Positions 61,563 through 64,000 of a stretch of DNA of 64,000 nucleotides are shown here, piece by piece. The DNA comes from Squalus acanthias (taxonomy: Eukaryota): contig CM059432.1 of assembly GCA_030390025.1 (NCBI GenBank), positions 2,170,001 through 2,234,000 on the forward strand. Reading direction: 5' to 3'. The notes beneath the pieces are model-generated. The model was not told where the DNA came from and made no database searches. It saw only the letters and a program-made list of their open reading frames with translations. Numbering within the stretch: the first letter of the stretch is position 1; each line of letters begins with the position of its first letter. The position numbers and the translations under genes were made by a program.

Positions 61563-62017
61563 TTTTTATGGCAAATTTAGCCAAAGGTTTTTTTTTAATA
61601 ACTTTGCAAGTAATTTTTTTCCCAATCTCCTGGGATTGGAGATTTTGCAGCATGTTGTTAATACTGCAGTCATTTCCTCTGTCTACACAAATATATATCT
61701 ATATATATCTATATATATATATATAAACGATTCAAGGAGAGACAGATGTAGAGGATATACGCTAAGGTTTTTCTGTAGATTTTAACTACGATTCCCCCCC
61801 AAACCTCCGACTCAGTTGTTCGGTTAAAAACATTTGAGGTTTTTGTATCGTTGTAATCAGAAAACACAACGGCGATAAGTGGTTAACAACTTTTATTGAA
61901 AAGGCTCAATAAATTTCCAGGAAGACTTTATGCTGTTTGGAAAGCTTCTTAAGCTGCTCACTAAGATAACTTAAATACATCTTCGAGCAGAACCTCAAGA
62001 TCCACAATGGGCACAGA

Positions 62018-62863
62018 GGGGGCGAATTCTCCCAGCCCTGGGGAGGCGGGTTTGGAGGCGGGACTGCGGGAAAATGGCAGAATCTGGGAGCGGGTACCCA
62101 TCCCGCCCCCAACCCGCCTCCGTGCCATCTTCCCAGGAGGCGGGTACCCAACCCGCACTGGGAGCCGCCTCCTGGAGGCGGGAAGGTGATTAGTGCCAAT
62201 TAACTGCCTGTTAACAGGTAGTTAACAGGCAGTTTTTTGGCTAATCCCTATTTTGCCACCTAAAGTGTGGGCTTCCCGACGTCTCCGAACCGCGCCAGGG
62301 TCAGCGAGGTGAGCCGTGGGTCTGCGGGGGTCGGAGGGGCCGAGATGTCCGTTGTGCAGGTGAGTGAAGGGTGCATGTGTGCAGAGGTAAGTGTGTGAGG
62401 TGTGTGTAAAGTGTTTTAATAAGTTTTACTTACCTTTACTTCTTCCTGCAGGCTTCCTCCCTTCAGGTCTCGGGAGTCCCTCAGTTCACCGGCACAGAAA
62501 GCAGAATGGCCGCTGAACTGTCAAAAGCTGCAGCCTTCTGTTTTCTGCTCAGGAAGGCTTTCTAATTGAGTCTCGAGTAAAGACTCAACTTAGAAGACAG
62601 ATTGTCAGTGTTTGACAGCTTCACAGAGCCATCAAACGCTGACATTTCATCTGTCAAAAGCTCTTGACAGATGAAACGTCACTCGCTGACGTCACCTGTA
62701 ACCGGCTTTCCCTTAATTGGCCTGCTGAGCCCGCTGGGCGGGCTTAACAATGTCAATCAAGGGAAAATAGCATGGGTTGGCCACAAGTCGATGGGAGGCG
62801 GGACTAAAACCCGACGAGTGGGAGTCCCACCTCCAAAAGCTCCCCATTGACAAAATCCAGCCC
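62018..62863. mobile_element. Probable non-autonomous Harbinger-like element
   Basis: Imperfect TIRs GGGGGCGAATTCT / AAAATCCAGCCC; subterminal inverted match TTTGGAGGCGGGACT / AGTCCCACCTCCAAA; flanks AGA / ATA. Confidence 0.6.
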
Positions 62864-63076
62864 ATAGACTTTGAACTTTATAGACATCCCACAAAAAAAG
62901 ACACTTGTGCAAACACATTTACAAATGCTTTTCATTCATCGCTGCAGCACACACGAAACATAATGGAAAACCTCCTGCAACTTAACATACTTGGGAGGGG
63001 AAACATTCGCTGGGCTATGGGGAAAGTGCAGAGAGGGTAGGACTATGTGCAGAGCTCTTTCAAAGAGCCGGCAGCA

Positions 63077-63680
63077 GCAACAACTTGTATTTATACAGCG
63101 CTTTAGCATAGTAAAGCGTCCCAAGGCACTTCACAGGAGCGATTATCAAACAAAATTTCACACCGAGCCACATAAGAATAAATTAGGGCAGGTGACCAAA
63201 GCTTGGTCAAAGAGGTAGGTTTTAAGGAGCGTCTTAAAGGAGAGAGAGAGGTAGAGAGGCGGAGAGGTTTAGGGAGGGAATTTCACAGTTTAGGACCCAG
63301 ACAGCTGAAGGCACGGCCACCAATGGTGGAGCGATGAAAACCAGGGATGCTCAGGAGGGCAGAATTGGAGGAGCGCAGAGATCTCGGAGGGATGTGGGGC
63401 TGGAGGAGATTACAGAGATAGGGAGGGGGGCGAGGCCACGGAGGGATTCGAAAACGAGGATGAGAATTTTGAAATCGAGGGGTTGCTTCACCGGGAGCCA
63501 ATGTAGGTCAGCGAGCACAGGGGGCGATGGGCGAACGGGACTCGGTGCGAGTTAGGACACGGGGCAGCAGAGATTTGGATGAGCTGAAGTTTATGGAGTG
63601 TGGGAGATGGGAGGCCGGCCAGGGGAGCGCTGGAATAGTCGAGTCTGGAGGTAACAAAGGCAGGGGTGAGAGTTTCAGCA
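63077..63680 (-). mobile_element. L2-type LINE 3' fragment
   Basis: PPYLCNLLQPHIPPRSLRSSNS..GGRAFSCLGPKL; tail. Confidence 0.9.
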
Positions 63681-64000
63681 CGATCTGCTGAATGGCCTCC
63701 TTTTGTGCTGTATCATTCTATGCCATGAGGAGTCCCCAGATGATCACCCTCAACAGTTTGAAAATGTAATCTGCCTGGGGGCTCAAAGAATTTAAATAGT
63801 TACTTTAAAAATGACCCAGCTTAGCTGAAATGTATGATTTTCAGTGACAGACGCACAGCATTTTTTAAAACTCAATACCCATGCCATTAGCGTCTTTTTA
63901 AAAATCAGAAACTGATTTAAACTTTCAATTTTGCTTCGCTACCTTGTGGATTGTAATTTTGAATCAAAAACCATCAGGCTTTGAAAATGACAGTTAAAAA

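Overview
Eukaryotic, repeat-dominated window with no recognisable host protein-coding exon, so probably intronic or intergenic. The repeat content (CR1/HER1-type LINEs, L2 LINEs, SacSINE1/AmnSINE1-like DeuSINEs, HE1-type V-SINEs) points to a cartilaginous fish, probably a shark; this is an inference. Almost every ORF in the track is a LINE remnant or a repeat artefact. The longest real remnant is a disabled CR1 reverse transcriptase at 33434-35165. Highlights: (1) seven Penelope-like insertions from two families, each with a minimal hammerhead-ribozyme motif (whole, degenerate or truncated); three are fold-back hairpins and five have 11-14 bp target-site duplications (TSDs); (2) three DeuSINE copies with the same 33-bp internal VNTR, one with higher-order structure; (3) a SINE/CR1 junction repeated in inverted orientation 8 kb away; (4) hAT-like and Harbinger-like MITE families; (5) repeat-poor islands that may be cis-regulatory. 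A 500-N gap lies at 35328-35827. Family names come from recalled motifs, not a database search, and repeat boundaries are approximate.
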